The translations under genes and the position numbers were made by a program. A model generated the notes under the pieces. The model was not told where the DNA came from, did not search any database, and worked only from the letters and a program-made list of their open reading frames with translations. A stretch of DNA of 64,000 nucleotides, taken from Carcharhinus longimanus (taxonomy: Eukaryota). Of this stretch, positions 47,851 to 60,989 are shown piece after piece (position 1 is the stretch's first letter; each line of letters begins with the position of its first letter). The stretch spans positions 56,312,408 to 56,376,407 of the forward strand of contig JASCQW010000119.1 of the NCBI GenBank assembly GCA_030264375.1. Reading direction: 5' to 3'.

Positions 47851-48310
47851 AGACCTTCGATGAACACCTTTAATATAAACATACAAATATTCCCTCCTTC
47901 TTGTCTCCTTTATGAGCTGTGAAAGCTAGCTACATACTGCTGTCATTCTTTGATTTCAATCTATTGATAACTCCACTTGAGGTGCTCTGAATTGTTCCAT
48001 ACTCTTCGCTTGGTTATCAAGGGTTGCTAGAAATTTTTAACTCAGTTTCTTTCAGAAGAAAATGGCACATATAACTGAATCAATGATAATGTGTGATTAT
48101 ACTTGTAAATGTGCGTCCAACAAATTTCAAACCCACTACTGGGGAGAAAATAACAACATAACTTTACAACTTATGTAATGGCCTAGGCTGGGGGCACTGT
48201 GTTAAATTCTTAAACAGTGTGCCTAATTTAAGGGGACAGCTACCAGACCAAAACAAGAAAAGACGGCTTCATTTTTTTTGAGAGTCGCATTGACCTCTGG
48301 TGAAGTACAC

Positions 48311-48815
48311 TGGTGTCTCAGTTTGGCTAAGTTAGTAGTACTGTTGCCTCAGGGTCAGAAGTTCAAGGATTAAAGTAGCACATTAGGGGGGAGGGGGTAA
48401 TTTTGACCATGTGACATTGTAAAATGGGTGATAGTGAATTGGCAGCATGTCTTACATCCCTCCCAATTTTTATTTCCACTGACCTCCAGATCTTGAGAGC
48501 GTAATGCGGGCTGACATTCTTGCCTAATATTGTGGGAGTGCTTTAATGTTGAAAGTGCTGCATTCTAAATGAGACATTGAACTGAGAGCCTGTCCATCTG
48601 GTGTGGTGAACATTAAAGATTCCATACCAGTATTTGAAGGCCAATAATCTTCCTGAAAAATTGATGCATCTATCTTTTTGTTTGTGGTGTGTTCTTGACA
48701 CAGATCGTCCAAGTAATAACTGAACCTCAGATGAAATGCAACACATTCCAGGAATTATTTTGATTTTGTTTTTCCAACATAGTGAGGAAGTGCAGTATAA
48801 ATGCAAGCATTTCTT
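48311..48815 (+). mobile_element. Old SacSINE1-like Deu-SINE with a MITE-like insert at 48385-48522
   Basis: Head gtagtactgttgcctcagggtcagaag, Deu-like atgagacattgaactgagagcc...cattaaagattccat, tail gtataaatgcaagcatttcttt. Confidence 0.55.
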
Positions 48816-50386
48816 TATTTCACCGCAGAGAATGTAAACATAGTTACTGAAGGGAAAAAAACTTCAACTTCTAACGTATAAATGTTTTTTTTCAATCTGG
48901 TTCATATTACTATAGAAAAGGTTTGTTGAAGATAGACCTAATGTGATTTGTTAGCTCGCCCAAGATGGTAGAAACGACAAAACAAAGCAGGCATATAATT
49001 TGCCTAAAATTCCTTAAGGTAATCGCACATTAAATGAATGGCTGGTCAATGCCGTTCTCTGTATTTGTTCTTTTTTTCATTCACTTGTCTTTTCCTTGTC
49101 TATAGCGTAATTGTGCTGCAAAATACTTAAACAGCTTAAAAAGCGAGCCTGGGAATTACCATGAGCAATGTCATCATGTAAATGCATAACAGAGTCATAT
49201 CAAATTCCGGTCTTTTAATGGGGTGTTAACCAATTTAAAACAAACAGGTTAGCACCTCCATTCAAGGAGAGAGGACTTTAATAGAGGACTTTAGTGTTTG
49301 TGCCATAGCAACAACTTACAGACTTTGCTTTTTGTGCTAAATCTGCAGTTGCACTAACAGAGATGCGGGAAACATCACTTTAAAAGTTGGAATGAGATTC
49401 AGAATTATTGTGTCTTCAGACCTCAACAATGAGGCGTTGGCAATACATTTATGGGCATTGCCTTAACCTCGAAGACCCACTGCTGGGGATTAAAGTGATT
49501 TGTAATTTTACTCTTGACAGAAAGACTCTCAGACCAACAACATTCAGGAAACAATAATGGCTGAGTAAAGGTCAAAGGGCATGGAGGTCAAAGAGGAAAA
49601 TAATTAAAAATGGTTTAGCGACATGCATACGCTAAACCCGAGCAAAAACTGTGGTTAGTAGAAGTACTAATTTACTTAATATTGTGCAACGAATTCCCTG
49701 ATGATTAATAATGTGGCATTCACAACGCACCAAGACTGTTTGGCTTATATTCAACAGATTGAATGCTGAAAATGAGGTAGCAAGCCCCTACAACAATTTA
49801 GTGGCATAAGATCATACCTTGGCTCTTTCAGCCCTGTGAGTGACTTTGAAGCTAATCCTTATCGTGATGAGAGAGTGCTGTAGGGAATCGAGAACATCAA
49901 TGTGCTGGTGGCAGAATGTAGATTTGATCCATCCAGCTCCCTACTCTCAAACACATACAGCTGCAGGGAAATGCCAAAGAGAGCTTGAACCGTCTGAAAG
50001 GGATTCAATGCCCTTATGACTTTTAATGGGGAGTCACAGTGCCATCCAATTTTTACACGTCAAAGGCCCACAATTAGCAAATGCATGAATGACTGGATAT
50101 TTTATTTCTGGGAATGTTGATTGAAGAAAGAATGGTAAGGTCAATACAAAGCGTATGAACCATGCTAAAACCACGGGCAGTTAAAACACTATTTGGTCAA
50201 TCCAACCTCCTCCACACAATCACAATGCCTTCAATATCATGATTCCCATCACTCCGTATCCTCCAAGAGATGAATGGTCTGTGTGGAGGGAAAACAAATA
50301 CCAGACAAAAAAAAAATGCATGGCCAATTAAGGGAGAAAATAAAACTTGCAAAATTCCTCTCCTACTTCCCAACAAAACTAGACCA

Positions 50387-50474
50387 TGGCAGGGATTTTC
50401 CAGTCCCGCTGCAGCGGGTGCTGTGAGCCATCCAAAATTCCATTGACTTTGGTGGCACCAGAAAATGGCAACCA
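50387..50474 (+). mobile_element. ~90-bp hairpin MITE-like element
   Basis: Imperfect TIRs tggcagggattttccagtccc / ggcaccagaaaatggcaacca; homologous to 37917-38007. Confidence 0.55.
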
Positions 50475-50615
50475 TACTACAAAGAATCACATCTTTCTCT
50501 TGTACATCATGATTACTTCTCCAGCCAGAAACTGGTCCACCTCACCAAAGGTGTGCAGCAAATCAGTACCAACTGCATGAGCTGCAAGCATGTTTCATGG
50601 GCCGCTATATCAGAA

Positions 50616-50861
50616 GGCGGCACGGTGGCACAGTGGTTAGCACTGCTGCCTCACAGTGCCAGGGACCTGGGCTTTGATTCCCGGCTTGGGTCAACGTCTG
50701 TATGGAGTTTGCACATTCTCCCCAGGTCGGAGTGGATTTCCTCTGGGTGCTCCAGTTTCCTCCCACAGTCCAAAGGTGTGTGGGTTAGATTGCTGGGCCA
50801 TGCTAAATTGCCCATTAGTGTCAGGGGGACTAGCTAGGGTAAATGTGCGGTAGTTATAGGG
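50616..50861 (+). mobile_element. HE1 V-SINE, tail A, running into a gap
   Basis: ggcggcacggtggcacagtggttagcactgctgcctcacagtgccaggg plus V-domain. Confidence 0.92.
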
Positions 50862-51314
50862 NNNNNNNNNNNNNNNNNNNNNNNNNNNNNNNNNNNNNNN
50901 NNNNNNNNNNNNNNNNNNNNNNNNNNNNNNNNNNNNNNNNNNNNNNNNNNNNNNNNNNNNNNNNNNNNNNNNNNNNNNNNNNNNNNNNNNNNNNNNNNNN
51001 NNNNNNNNNNNNNNNNNNNNNNNNNNNNNNNNNNNNNNNNNNNNNNNNNNNNNNNNNNNNNNNNNNNNNNNNNNNNNNNNNNNNNNNNNNNNNNNNNNNN
51101 NNNNNNNNNNNNNNNNNNNNNNNNNNNNNNNNNNNNNNNNNNNNNNNNNNNNNNNNNNNNNNNNNNNNNNNNNNNNNNNNNNNNNNNNNNNNNNNNNNNN
51201 NNNNNNNNNNNNNNNNNNNNNNNNNNNNNNNNNNNNNNNNNGTCCTTACTGGGTGCTTGTGGGATGTAAAATATATATTTGTACAAGTTGATTTGTTTGT
51301 ACAAATACATGCAC

Positions 51315-51572
51315 ATACGTATTTTCTAACCAGAGAATGGTTACAATGTGTAACTTCTTATCACATGGTGTAGCTGAGGGAAATAGCATGGGTGCATTTA
51401 AGGGAAAGCTAGATAAGTACGTCGTGGGAGTGGGGCGGGGGGGAGGAAGGAACAAAGGAACAAGATGATATGCTGATAGAGTTAGATGAAGGAGAATGGG
51501 AGGAGATTTGTGTGGACTGTATAGGCCAGTTGGACAGAATGGTCTTTTCTCCTTGCTGCAAATTCTATGCAG
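51315..51572 (+). mobile_element. CR1 3' end
   Basis: gcatttaagggaaagctagataagtac...ccagttggacagaatggtc...aattctatg. Confidence 0.7.
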
Positions 51573-51834
51573 CTTTGGGTATGCAAAATTAACAAGGAGG
51601 CAAATAGCACTCACTGGTAATTTCCATGGGCTCTTCATGGCTATTTGACCATGCATATGTTGGACGAGCAGATGAACTCTGCAGAAATTCACCTCCGCAT
51701 AAAGGCATCCAGGGAGTGCAATCAACTGTTTACTTGACAAATGCATTTTATTAAGCAGCCAAGAAATGATATAGGATCTTCTGAAAAACCCTCTATCATA
51801 CAAAATATGTTTTGCTTTGGCATATCTAAAGAAT

Positions 51835-52530
51835 GAAGGCTTGCATTTATATAGAACTTTTCACAACAGCATGCATCTCAAAGTGCTTTATGGTCAATGA
51901 AGTGTTTTTGAAGTGTATTCTTTGTTGCAGTGTAGGAAAGGTAGTAGCCAACAAGTGCACAGCAAACTCCCACAAACAGCAAAGCAATTTTATTATTTAG
52001 CAAATGCTAAATCCCCGAAGCCACATTGGACTCCTCATTTGCTGGGTTTAAGGTAACTTCCAGCACCTTGAAGTACAAGGGCAGCAGAAGCATGGGAACA
52101 CCACCACTAGAAAGTTCCCCTCCAGATCACACACCAGCCTGGTTTAGAAATATACAGCCGTTTCTTCACTGTCACTGGGTCAAAATCCTGGAACTCCATT
52201 CCTAACAACCCGTGTTCTGACAACCCGTGAGCTGCAGCCGTTCAAGCAGGCAGCTCACCGCCACCTTCCAAGGGATGGCAATAAATGCTGGCCTTTCCAA
52301 CGACACCCACATCCCTTAAATGATTATAATAAAGACAAGTCCATCACTTAATCTGTACAGAAGACACACAGTAGTATGTTGCATTAATAATAATAATCTG
52401 TTTCAATTATATTAATTGAGGGATAAACATCTTTTCAAAATAACAAGTAACTCCAACATTTCCGCAGTACCACACTGGAGTGTCAGCCTAGATTTTAGCG
52501 TTTAAGTCCTAGAAGGCAATAATGCTACCA
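51835..52530 (-). mobile_element. SacSINE1-like Deu-SINE relic interrupted by a LINE family D 3' end (52050-52330, +)
   Basis: cttgcatttatatag tail, gcacagcaaactcccacaaacagcaa, cagtaccacactggagtgtcagcctagatttt. Confidence 0.6.
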
Positions 52531-52784
52531 GCCAAGAGGATATCCAGCCAGGTTTGGAGAGCTGTGACACCAGGTTCTGCCCTCGCATCAAGGAGCTGCA
52601 GTTTGGAGAATCAGACCTGCTGTGTTAGCCCTATAATTTCAATGTGATAGCTAATATCGAGGATAGTGTATGTGCAACATGTCTGGAGGGACTGGTGATT
52701 GCTTTAGCACATTTGTGAAGAGCAGGTTAATAGTATACAATGCAATTACATTTCTATTTTGAAATGTGCATCAGAACATGGGAT

Positions 52785-53600
52785 GAAAGGAACTGTAGCA
52801 ACATGGATACGAAATTGCCTGAGTGACTGGAAGCAGAGAGCTGTACATTAATGGATGTTTTTCAGACTGGAATAATGGAGATCCCAGACCCTTGTTCTTC
52901 CTGATCCCTAAAAATGATCTAGACCTGAGTGTGCAAGACAAACGCTCAAAATTTGTGGACAGTACAAAACTTTGAAAGTATTGTGAGCTGTGAGGAAAAT
53001 AGTGTAGATCTTCAAAAGGGCATAGACAAGTTGATGGAATGGGTGGACAAATGGCAAATGAAATTTAATGCAGGGAAGTCATACACTTTGGTGAAAGAGA
53101 CAACATAAAATAAGGATACAATTCTATAAGGGGTGCAGGAGCAAATGGAACTGGGTGCAAATGTGCCTTAAATTTTTGAAGATGATAGGAAAAGTTGAGA
53201 GCAGTTCATAAAGCATACAGCATCCTAGACTCTATCAATAGGGGCCCAGAGTACTAAAGAACAGCAGTTAAATCGGTATAAAACACTGGTTCAGCTTCAG
53301 CTGGGGTGTGGGTGCCACAGGACTGTTTTCTTCGGAGAAGAAAAGATTGAGAGGGGATTTGATCGAGGCATTCAAAATCACAAGAAGTCTGGGCAGTCAA
53401 TGGGGAAAAACTGTTCCCATTGTTAGAAGGATCAAAAACCACTGGGCACACATTTAAGATAATTGGCAACAGAAGCAATGGCAACACAAGGAAAAACCTT
53501 TTCACACAGCAAGCGGTTAGGATCTGGAATGCACTGGCTCAGAGTGTGGTCTGAATAGCTACCACTAACTATGTGCTGTAACTATTCTGCGTTTCTGTGA
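52785..53600 (+). pseudogene. CR1 RT to 3' end, decayed
   Basis: aatgatctagac (NDLD), aaatttgtggacagtacaaaa, WVDKWQMKFN, RGDLIEAFKI, WNAL motifs. Confidence 0.82.
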
Positions 53601-53606
53601 ACTTCT

Positions 53607-53725
53607 CATAGAATCATAGAATCCCTGCAGTGCGGAGGGAGGCCACTCAGCCCATCAAGTTTACACTGACCACAATCCCATCCAGGCCCTAAGCCCATAA
53701 CTCTACTTATGTACCCTGCTAGATC
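53607..53725 (-). mobile_element. HE1 tail A fragment
   Basis: catagaatcatagaatccctgcagtgcggagggaggccactcagccc. Confidence 0.8.
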
Positions 53726-54506
53726 TCTTTACTTTATGTTTCTAATTGGAAAACATGAAATAAAGATCATGCTCAATTAATGCGATAATAATATCTAGAT
53801 TCAAATGTTTTAATAAAGCCAGCAGCATTTTGTGTTCATGCCACCGCTCTGATACAATGATGTTTTAAGTTTAGAAGGACTTTTAGCCTCCAGATTCAGG
53901 TGGGTTGGCATTGAGTAGGAGGTAAAAATTTTAAACTCTCAAACCTGACCCCAACCCATCCACTTTGACCTTAGATGGAGGCAGGTCAAGGGTTTTCTTT
54001 GTGAGGGGGAGCAGGTGGCAATTCCTCTTCCTAAAATCTTTTAAGGAGTCAGCATGCCTCCATTTACTAGAACTTTTATTTTTAACATGTGGAGGCCAGG
54101 TTTCTAAGGGCTTGGGAACCCTGCAGTATACAATGATGCATGAAGGACTGGATCCATGAGGTAAATGTATTTGCAATATTCTTTGCGGGCCAGGGAGAGC
54201 AGCAGTGTTTCTTCACCAATCTGTCTCGCTAATCTCTTTACCACCCCCCTCCTCCCCCATTTCCTCGGAAATTGGCTGACCCTCTACCCACACCTCAAAT
54301 GATTCACTGCCCAGTGTGATCTCTAGTTTAGGCCACAATAACTCAGCAGCCATACCTCCAACACCTGCCATCCCCTGCTTTCCGAGCATCCGCTTCTCAT
54401 ATGGGGGATTGGGGTCGGCAGAGCGATTCACCAACATCCAGCTGGTTAGGCTCATTAGGAGTCAAAAGGGTTATTTTTAGGGGTCAAAAAAAAATCTTTT
54501 TTTATA

Positions 54507-54793
54507 AGTTTAAAATTTATTGATCAGTGTCACAAGTAGGCTTACACTGCAATGAAGTTACAGTGAAAATCCCCTAGTGGCCATACTCCGGTACCTGTTC
54601 GGGCACACTGGGGGAGAATTTAGCATGGCCAATGCACCTAAACAGCACATCTTTCAGACTTTGGGAGGAAACGGGAGCACCTGGAGCAGACACAGGGAGG
54701 ATGTGCAGACTCTGCATAGACAGTGACCTAAGCCAGGAATCGAACTTGGCGCAATGAAGCAGCAGTGCTGACCATTTGCTCCACTGTGCCACC
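54507..54793 (-). mobile_element. HE1 V-SINE, tail B
   Basis: gtgtcacaagtaggcttacactgcaatgaagttacagtgaaaatcccctag plus V-domain and head. Confidence 0.9.
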
Positions 54794-55451
54794 CCAATCT
54801 TCCAGTTGGCCTTCAGTTTTTCAAACTGATAGGGGCTAGTTTAGGTGCCTGGGGGTGGGCACAAGATGGTGAGAGAAGTCATGATGTAGAAGACCTCCCT
54901 CAATGGGCATGGCCATGTCTCGGCTAATCAAAGTTGACTTGCCAATCAATCAGCTCCCTTTTCTTTCTGTAGTCTAAATTATGATGATTTGAAATTTGGC
55001 ATTCCTGTGTTTGTTCTGAAGAGGCCAAAACAATAAGCTTTGGCAGCATGTTTCTCTTTTGAGCAATATTCCGATTTCATAACATTTGTTACTGTTTAAT
55101 ATCATATTAAATCGTTGTTCTTTTTTATTAGAGTTTTAACATTGGGCCAGAAATTTTGTTCAGGCCCTGGTCCCTTTCCCAGTGTAACTGCTGAATAGGT
55201 ATTGTAAATAGGACAGGTCTTGGTTCCACTAAGACTGCCCAGTAAGAGCAGGTCAGGAAATTACAGTATGGGAGAAAAAATGGATCTTTAACCACCTGTC
55301 TTACATTGGAGGAATGATTTTGCTGGGGCGTTCTTTGACATACTTTACCTTGGTGAACACAAAATAGGTCTTCTGCTCACTTGTTTTCTCAAGGAAGAAG
55401 AAATAGTTCAAGGAGTCCTAGTGCTAGTTCCAGCAATTGCATTTCATGATA

Positions 55452-55670
55452 AAATCAACTTACTGCAGCTGCTGGAGATCTGAAATAAGAACAAAATTAA
55501 CGTTAGAAATACTCAGCAGATCAGGCAGCATCTGTGGAGTGAGTTAATATTTCAGGTCAGAGACCTTTCATCAGAAGTGGAAGATCATAGCGACTTAACT
55601 GCATTTGTGTAAGTGTGGAGACAGAGAAGATGAAGATAAAGGTTTGTGTGATGGGATAGAGGGCAGGTGT
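55452..55670 (+). mobile_element. Penelope-like terminal fragment
   Basis: gctgctggagatctgaaataagaacaaaa...aaatactcagcagatcaggcagcatctgtggag...tttcaggtcagagacctttcatcag (antisense hammerhead-like core). Confidence 0.6.
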
Positions 55671-56959
55671 GATTTTTTTTTCTCAGGAGAAATTGAATCC
55701 ACTGTTTCCTCAAAGATGGGACAACACAGGACGAGAGGGAAAGATCTGGGGATGACTTCCAAGTTCAATCTGGATTCAATTTGGAGCCTGGTTTCCCAAA
55801 GATTATGTGGACTTCTTTGCTTCTCAGTGTAAAGAGACTTGGGCTCACACCAGGAAAGATGCCTTATAAATGATAGTTGACCAATATTTGACCAGCCCAG
55901 GATACAAAGGCCAATGTAGTTATTTATTTTTATACTCTCTACTTCTTTACCATTTTATATTTATTATGGCTCCTCTTTAAGGTTTCACTAACCATAGATC
56001 TTTCATTGGATTAAAATGCAATCAGACAATCTGCTAATTTTCTCCAATTCAAAACAAAAGATTGTGTGAGTATCTAATGGTCTAATAGAAAAAATACGGT
56101 ATTTGGAATGTAACATTTTCTGAAAGATGAGGTCACCTCACATCTGTGTTTAATTGACATGGAAGTTTTACTTTCATTTTTGTATAGGGTTGTGGTCTTG
56201 TATTAAATTACTATCAGTTGTTGATTCAGGATTAACTAGATTTAACTAATTTTTACCGGACTTTGGAATTTATGAGATTTTGCCCCGAGTTTGTTGTATG
56301 TAGGGGAAACAGCAAAAAAAAATTTTTATTCCAAAATCATGGTAAAAGAGTACTTGGGCTTAATTAATAAAGCAATAACTAGCAAGTCAAAGCCTTAACC
56401 TATTCTGAAGTGCACTCTGTGCTCTTTTCAGTGTCACACTGAAGCTTAGGCCATACAACAAGGCACTGCTGATTGGAAGTTCCTCTCAATGTTCCATGTA
56501 TTCGTTGTAGATAATAAATGTCTAAGTTGTTCATTGAATCATTTTACCATTTAAGGACGTCAAAGAATGCCCCCCATTTAAGTTCTGAGGCCAGATTTTG
56601 TTGCAGGACTTGTACTTGCCCAAAGATAGACTTGCCACGCCATGGATAGACTTTTTATGCCATTTTGCAAAGCAAGTTATTGTTAGCAGGACAGTTAAAT
56701 GGTGAGGCGCTCTCTACAGGCCATCCAGGGCATATCTGAATGGAAGAAGCAACTGTGTATCTATCTCCTTAACTAATCAGATTGAAAAACTGCTAATAAG
56801 CACTACAGAGTTTGAACCAGAAGTGTAAGTTAGAGTCTTGAATTTAATAACAAATCAGATATAGAAAGCAAGATAAAGAGAAGGAAGTTTGGATTAAGAT
56901 GAAAAGAACATTCAAAATCACTTCAAATCTCCAACAACAGTTAAAATCCTTTTCCTTTA

Positions 56960-57380
56960 CATTTGTTCTTGGGATATGAGCATCACTGGCAAGACCAGCA
57001 TTCATTTGCCCACCACCAATTTCCCTTGACTATGTAGTGAGCTGCCTTTTTCAGTCCATGTGTTGTAGCTACATCCACTATACTGTTAGGGAGGGAGTTA
57101 CAGGATTTTGACCAAGTGACAGTGAAAATACAGTGTTGTAGTTCCATGTCAGAATGCTGCATAATGTAAAGAGGAACTTAAAGGTAATAATGTTCTCTTT
57201 GCCTGCTACGCTTATCATTCTAGGTAGTAGAGGTCTCGGGTTTGAAAGCTGCTGGCAATTGAGCCTTGGTGAGTTGCTATTGTGCATTTTGTAGATGTTG
57301 CACACTGATATCATTATACATCAGGTGGTGAATCAAATGGGCCATTTTTTCTCAGATGGTTTCAAATTTCTTGAGCCTGA
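56960..57380 (-). mobile_element. LINE family D 3' portion
   Basis: ggcaagaccagcattcatttgccc...ctgttagggagggagttacaggattttgacc. Confidence 0.8.
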
Positions 57381-57474
57381 TGGAATGATGCTCCAAATTT
57401 GTAAAACTTAATTTCCAGTCACAGTATTGGTATTAATTAAGATGTACAAAGAACAAAAAGAACAAAAACAGCCC

Positions 57475-57599
57475 GGGAGTTGAGCTATGAGGAGAGGCTG
57501 AATAAACTAGGCTTGTACTCGAAAGAGTTTAGAAGAATGAGGGGAGATCTCATTGAGACGTATAAGATGATGAATGGGATGGATAGGATAGAGGTGGAG
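57475..57599 (+). mobile_element. Young-looking CR1 ORF2 C-terminal fragment
   Basis: LSYEERLNKLGLYSKEFRRMRGDLIETYKMMNGMDRIEVE. Confidence 0.9.
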
Positions 57600-58044
57600 N
57601 NNNNNNNNNNNNNNNNNNNNNNNNNNNNNNNNNNNNNNNNNNNNNNNNNNNNNNNNNNNNNNNNNNNNNNNNNNNNNNNNNNNNNNNNNNNNNNNNNNNG
57701 GAGGAAACCCACGCAAGCACGGGGAGAATGCGCAAACTCCCACAGACACTGGCCCAAATCCATGTGTCTGCACAGCAAGCAGTGATAGTCACTGAGCTGT
57801 CGTGTTGCCCAGCGTCTGGTCCAGTTTAAGCGTACACTAACGACATGAAGCACTAGGCTATTCTCGAACATTCAAGAGGAGCCCAAGCACAATGTTACAA
57901 GCTAAGGACTGACATGACAACTTTTTGTGGAATGTTTAGCCCATATCTATGGTAAAATGCAGGAGCTTCATGCCATGTAAGACATTAAATGGGAACCAGA
58001 TTTCAACGTGCCATTTTCTCCCAGCTCATGGAGGAGTGGCACAT

Positions 58045-58405
58045 TTCATACAGCAACTTCTGGATTTTCACATTTAACACCTCACACCATGCTTCTGTCT
58101 GATTGTTGCATAAATATCAGTGAGTGCTCTTAGCCTCCCTGTCAATTTCAGGTAAAGAGAATCTCTGAAGCATTGTATCAAGAGTTTGTGAACAAGTGCC
58201 CCATTAATGCAAATGCCTCTATTCAGTCCCCCCAATAGCCTTCTCCACTCTAAGTAATGCAATCTTAACTTCTCTGTTCTTTCCATATAATTGATGTCCT
58301 AAATCCCAGTTATCATTCTAATAAATTCCCTTTGCATCCATACCAAAGCCTTGACATTCACTCTAAAATGTGGTATCCTGGATTGAACACAGTCTTGCAG
58401 CTGAA
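58045..58405 (-). mobile_element. Old CR1 3' fragment
   Basis: EKLRLHYLEWRRLLGGL on -; ttctaataaattccctttgcatcc...aaatgtggtatcctggattgaacacag. Confidence 0.55.
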
Positions 58406-58411
58406 TCCAAA

Positions 58412-58714
58412 CGGCACAGTGGCACAGTAGTTTGCTCTGCTGCCTCACAGCGCCGGGGACCTAGACTCAATTCCTGGCATGGATCACTGTCTACTCGGAG
58501 TCTGCAAGTTCTCCCCATACCTGTGTGGGTTTCCTCCGGGTGCTCCAGTTTCCTCCCACAGTTCGAAAGACTTGCTGGTTAGATGCATTGGCCATGCTAA
58601 ATTCTCCCTCAGTGTACCCGAACAGGCACCAGAGTGTGGCGACTAAGGGATTTTCACAGTAACTTCATTGCAGTGTTAATGTAAACCTATTTGTGACACT
58701 AATAAATAAACTTT
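58412..58714 (+). mobile_element. HE1 V-SINE, tail B
   Basis: Full head, V-domain and tail B. Confidence 0.92.
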
Positions 58715-59255
58715 AAAACCGGTGATTTATAAAGGTTTGGTACAACTTCATTTTCACCTATCTCAAACTTTAAAATTGCATAGTAATGACACCAAAAGCT
58801 CTGTTAAACATACATTTGGTGTCCTGGAAGCACTTTTCCTACATTTAGTTCTGTACAATTTACAGAAAACTCACAAAGCTTCGCAATATACTGTAGGCTC
58901 TTCCAAATAATCCAATTGAGGATGAATCATGTTGGCTCAGATTTTGCATTAGTGACGACATTGAAACAGTCCGGGTTTATCTTCATTACTCGCTGAAACT
59001 GACAGAAACCTCTCGAATCCACACATGCACAGGTTAACACGGAAATACCAAAATTGCTGTCAGTGATGCTACATTTCTCCAGGTGATGTATTATTGAGTA
59101 ACCTTCCCCATCCCTCTCAGATTATAATCAAACAGAAATCATGGTGATAGAAGCTTTTACTCTTTGGTTGAGTCTCATAAAAACCTCTGAAAAAGATGCG
59201 CCCTGTTGAATGAAGTTTTAAAATGTGCAGTAGGGTTATCTTTGTGGAATGTCAA

Positions 59256-59738
59256 TCATAGAATCATAGAAACCCTACAGTACAGAAAGAGACCATTTGG
59301 CCCATCGATTCTGCACTGACAACAATCCCATTTAGGCCTCATCCCCACTACCCCACACATTTACCTGTCTAACCTACACACCCCAGGGCACTGAGGGGCA
59401 ACTTGTCATGACCTATCAACCTAATCTGCACATCTTTGGACTGTGGGAGGAAACCGGAGCACCTGGAGGAAACCCACACAGACACAGGGAGAATGTGCAA
59501 ACNNNNNNNNNNNNNNNNNNNNNNNNNNNNNNNNNNNNNNNNNNNNNNNNNNNNNNNNNNNNNNNNNNNNNNNNNNNNNNNNNNNNNNNNNNNNNNNNNN
59601 NNGGAGCACCTGGAGGAAACCCACACAGACACAGGGAGAATGTGCAAACTCCACACAGACAGTGACCCAAGCCGGGAATCATACTCAGTCCTTGGAGCTG
59701 TGAGGAAGCAGTGCTAACCATTGTGCCACTATGCTGCC
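59256..59738 (-). mobile_element. HE1 V-SINE, tail A, split by a 100-N gap
   Basis: Full element; about 48 bp duplicated across the gap. Confidence 0.9.
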
Positions 59739-60989
59739 CTGTTAAAAAAATTTCTCAGGTGTTTAATTTTTTTCAAGGTTTGTTTTATTGTAGCTTCTAC
59801 TTCAGTCCTAAGGGTCCGTTCCAATCAGTTATTGCCCCTCTCTGTGAAAGTTTCAAGTGAGAATGAAGTTTTGAGTGGTTTTCACTGACTGATTTGCTGT
59901 CTGTGGAAGTGCTTCGGTGGGATTGGCTGTTTGATGACGTCACTGTTGCTGCACCCCGTGGTGATCTCATTGACTTGGTGCCAGATTTAAACTGACATCA
60001 GGAAAGGGGAAAATCCACACCGCAGAGATCGCTGGATGTTTGTGGGTTGCTTTCTTCAAAGCCAGTGGCAAATGTAATTACTTTGTCGCTGTGTCTGAAA
60101 TCCAAAGCCATTGAAGTTTTGGTGAAAAGTACATTGACAGACAGCAAATTCCAACAACCTGTTGAAAAAAGATGCACTGGCAGTAGTGAGGGAATTAAGT
60201 GCCAATTTATACACGAATGTTTCATTTAAATTGGCAGGATATTCCAAATATCCTATAAACTATATCATACTATATGAAGTTGACTGAATCACTAAAGAAA
60301 CAGCTATTACCAATATATGAAGTTTGAAACAAAGCAGGAATAACATGACAACACTAATCCTTATTATAAGCTGCATAATAGAAAGAAACTACACCCTATA
60401 TTCTTCTTATGAGTCCTAAACGATTCTGAAATCTAATATGTCATACTCAGGATGATTTTGGGCAAGCTGCCCTGTAATTTTGTAACTTGGGCGCGCAGGA
60501 CTGATGCTGATGTATAATAGTGTTTTGTAACTTATTTCTGATCTAAATTAATTCTGAAATGAAAACTTAATGAAAACCACGCACAGTAATATTTACTGCA
60601 ACTGTGCTCATTTCATAATGCCCGAGCCTTTGCACGTGCCCAAGACGGTGCGCTCACTGGGCTGCATTTTCGGGCCCCAGTGGGACTGGTCAGCATCAGA
60701 AGTTAACCCCGCAAGCCCAAGGGCTGTTTCCTCAGCTCCGTCATACATCTGGGCCGTTTTTGTGGAGATGGGATAGGGATTGGCATGACCTACCCATACG
60801 ATTTCAGTCAGGACCCAGTGTAGGTGCCTGGAGGAGTGCGCCTAGTGTTGGGCCGGGGACATGCGAGCGCTCCAGGCATTTCTAGAAAACATCTGGCCTA
60901 TCTGCAGGAGACTGCCTTGTAGAGATGTTCTCCCCTCTCCAGGCTGCTGAATCTATCTTTAGGTTATGGCCTGAAGAGGTTGGATACAC

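Noticed and set aside
59455-59650. Direct repeats flanking 100-N gaps (also 43133-43264 and 61126-61353)
   Set aside because: Most likely unmerged contig overlaps; the single T/G difference at the 61.1-61.3 kb pair fits two haplotypes rather than a true duplication.
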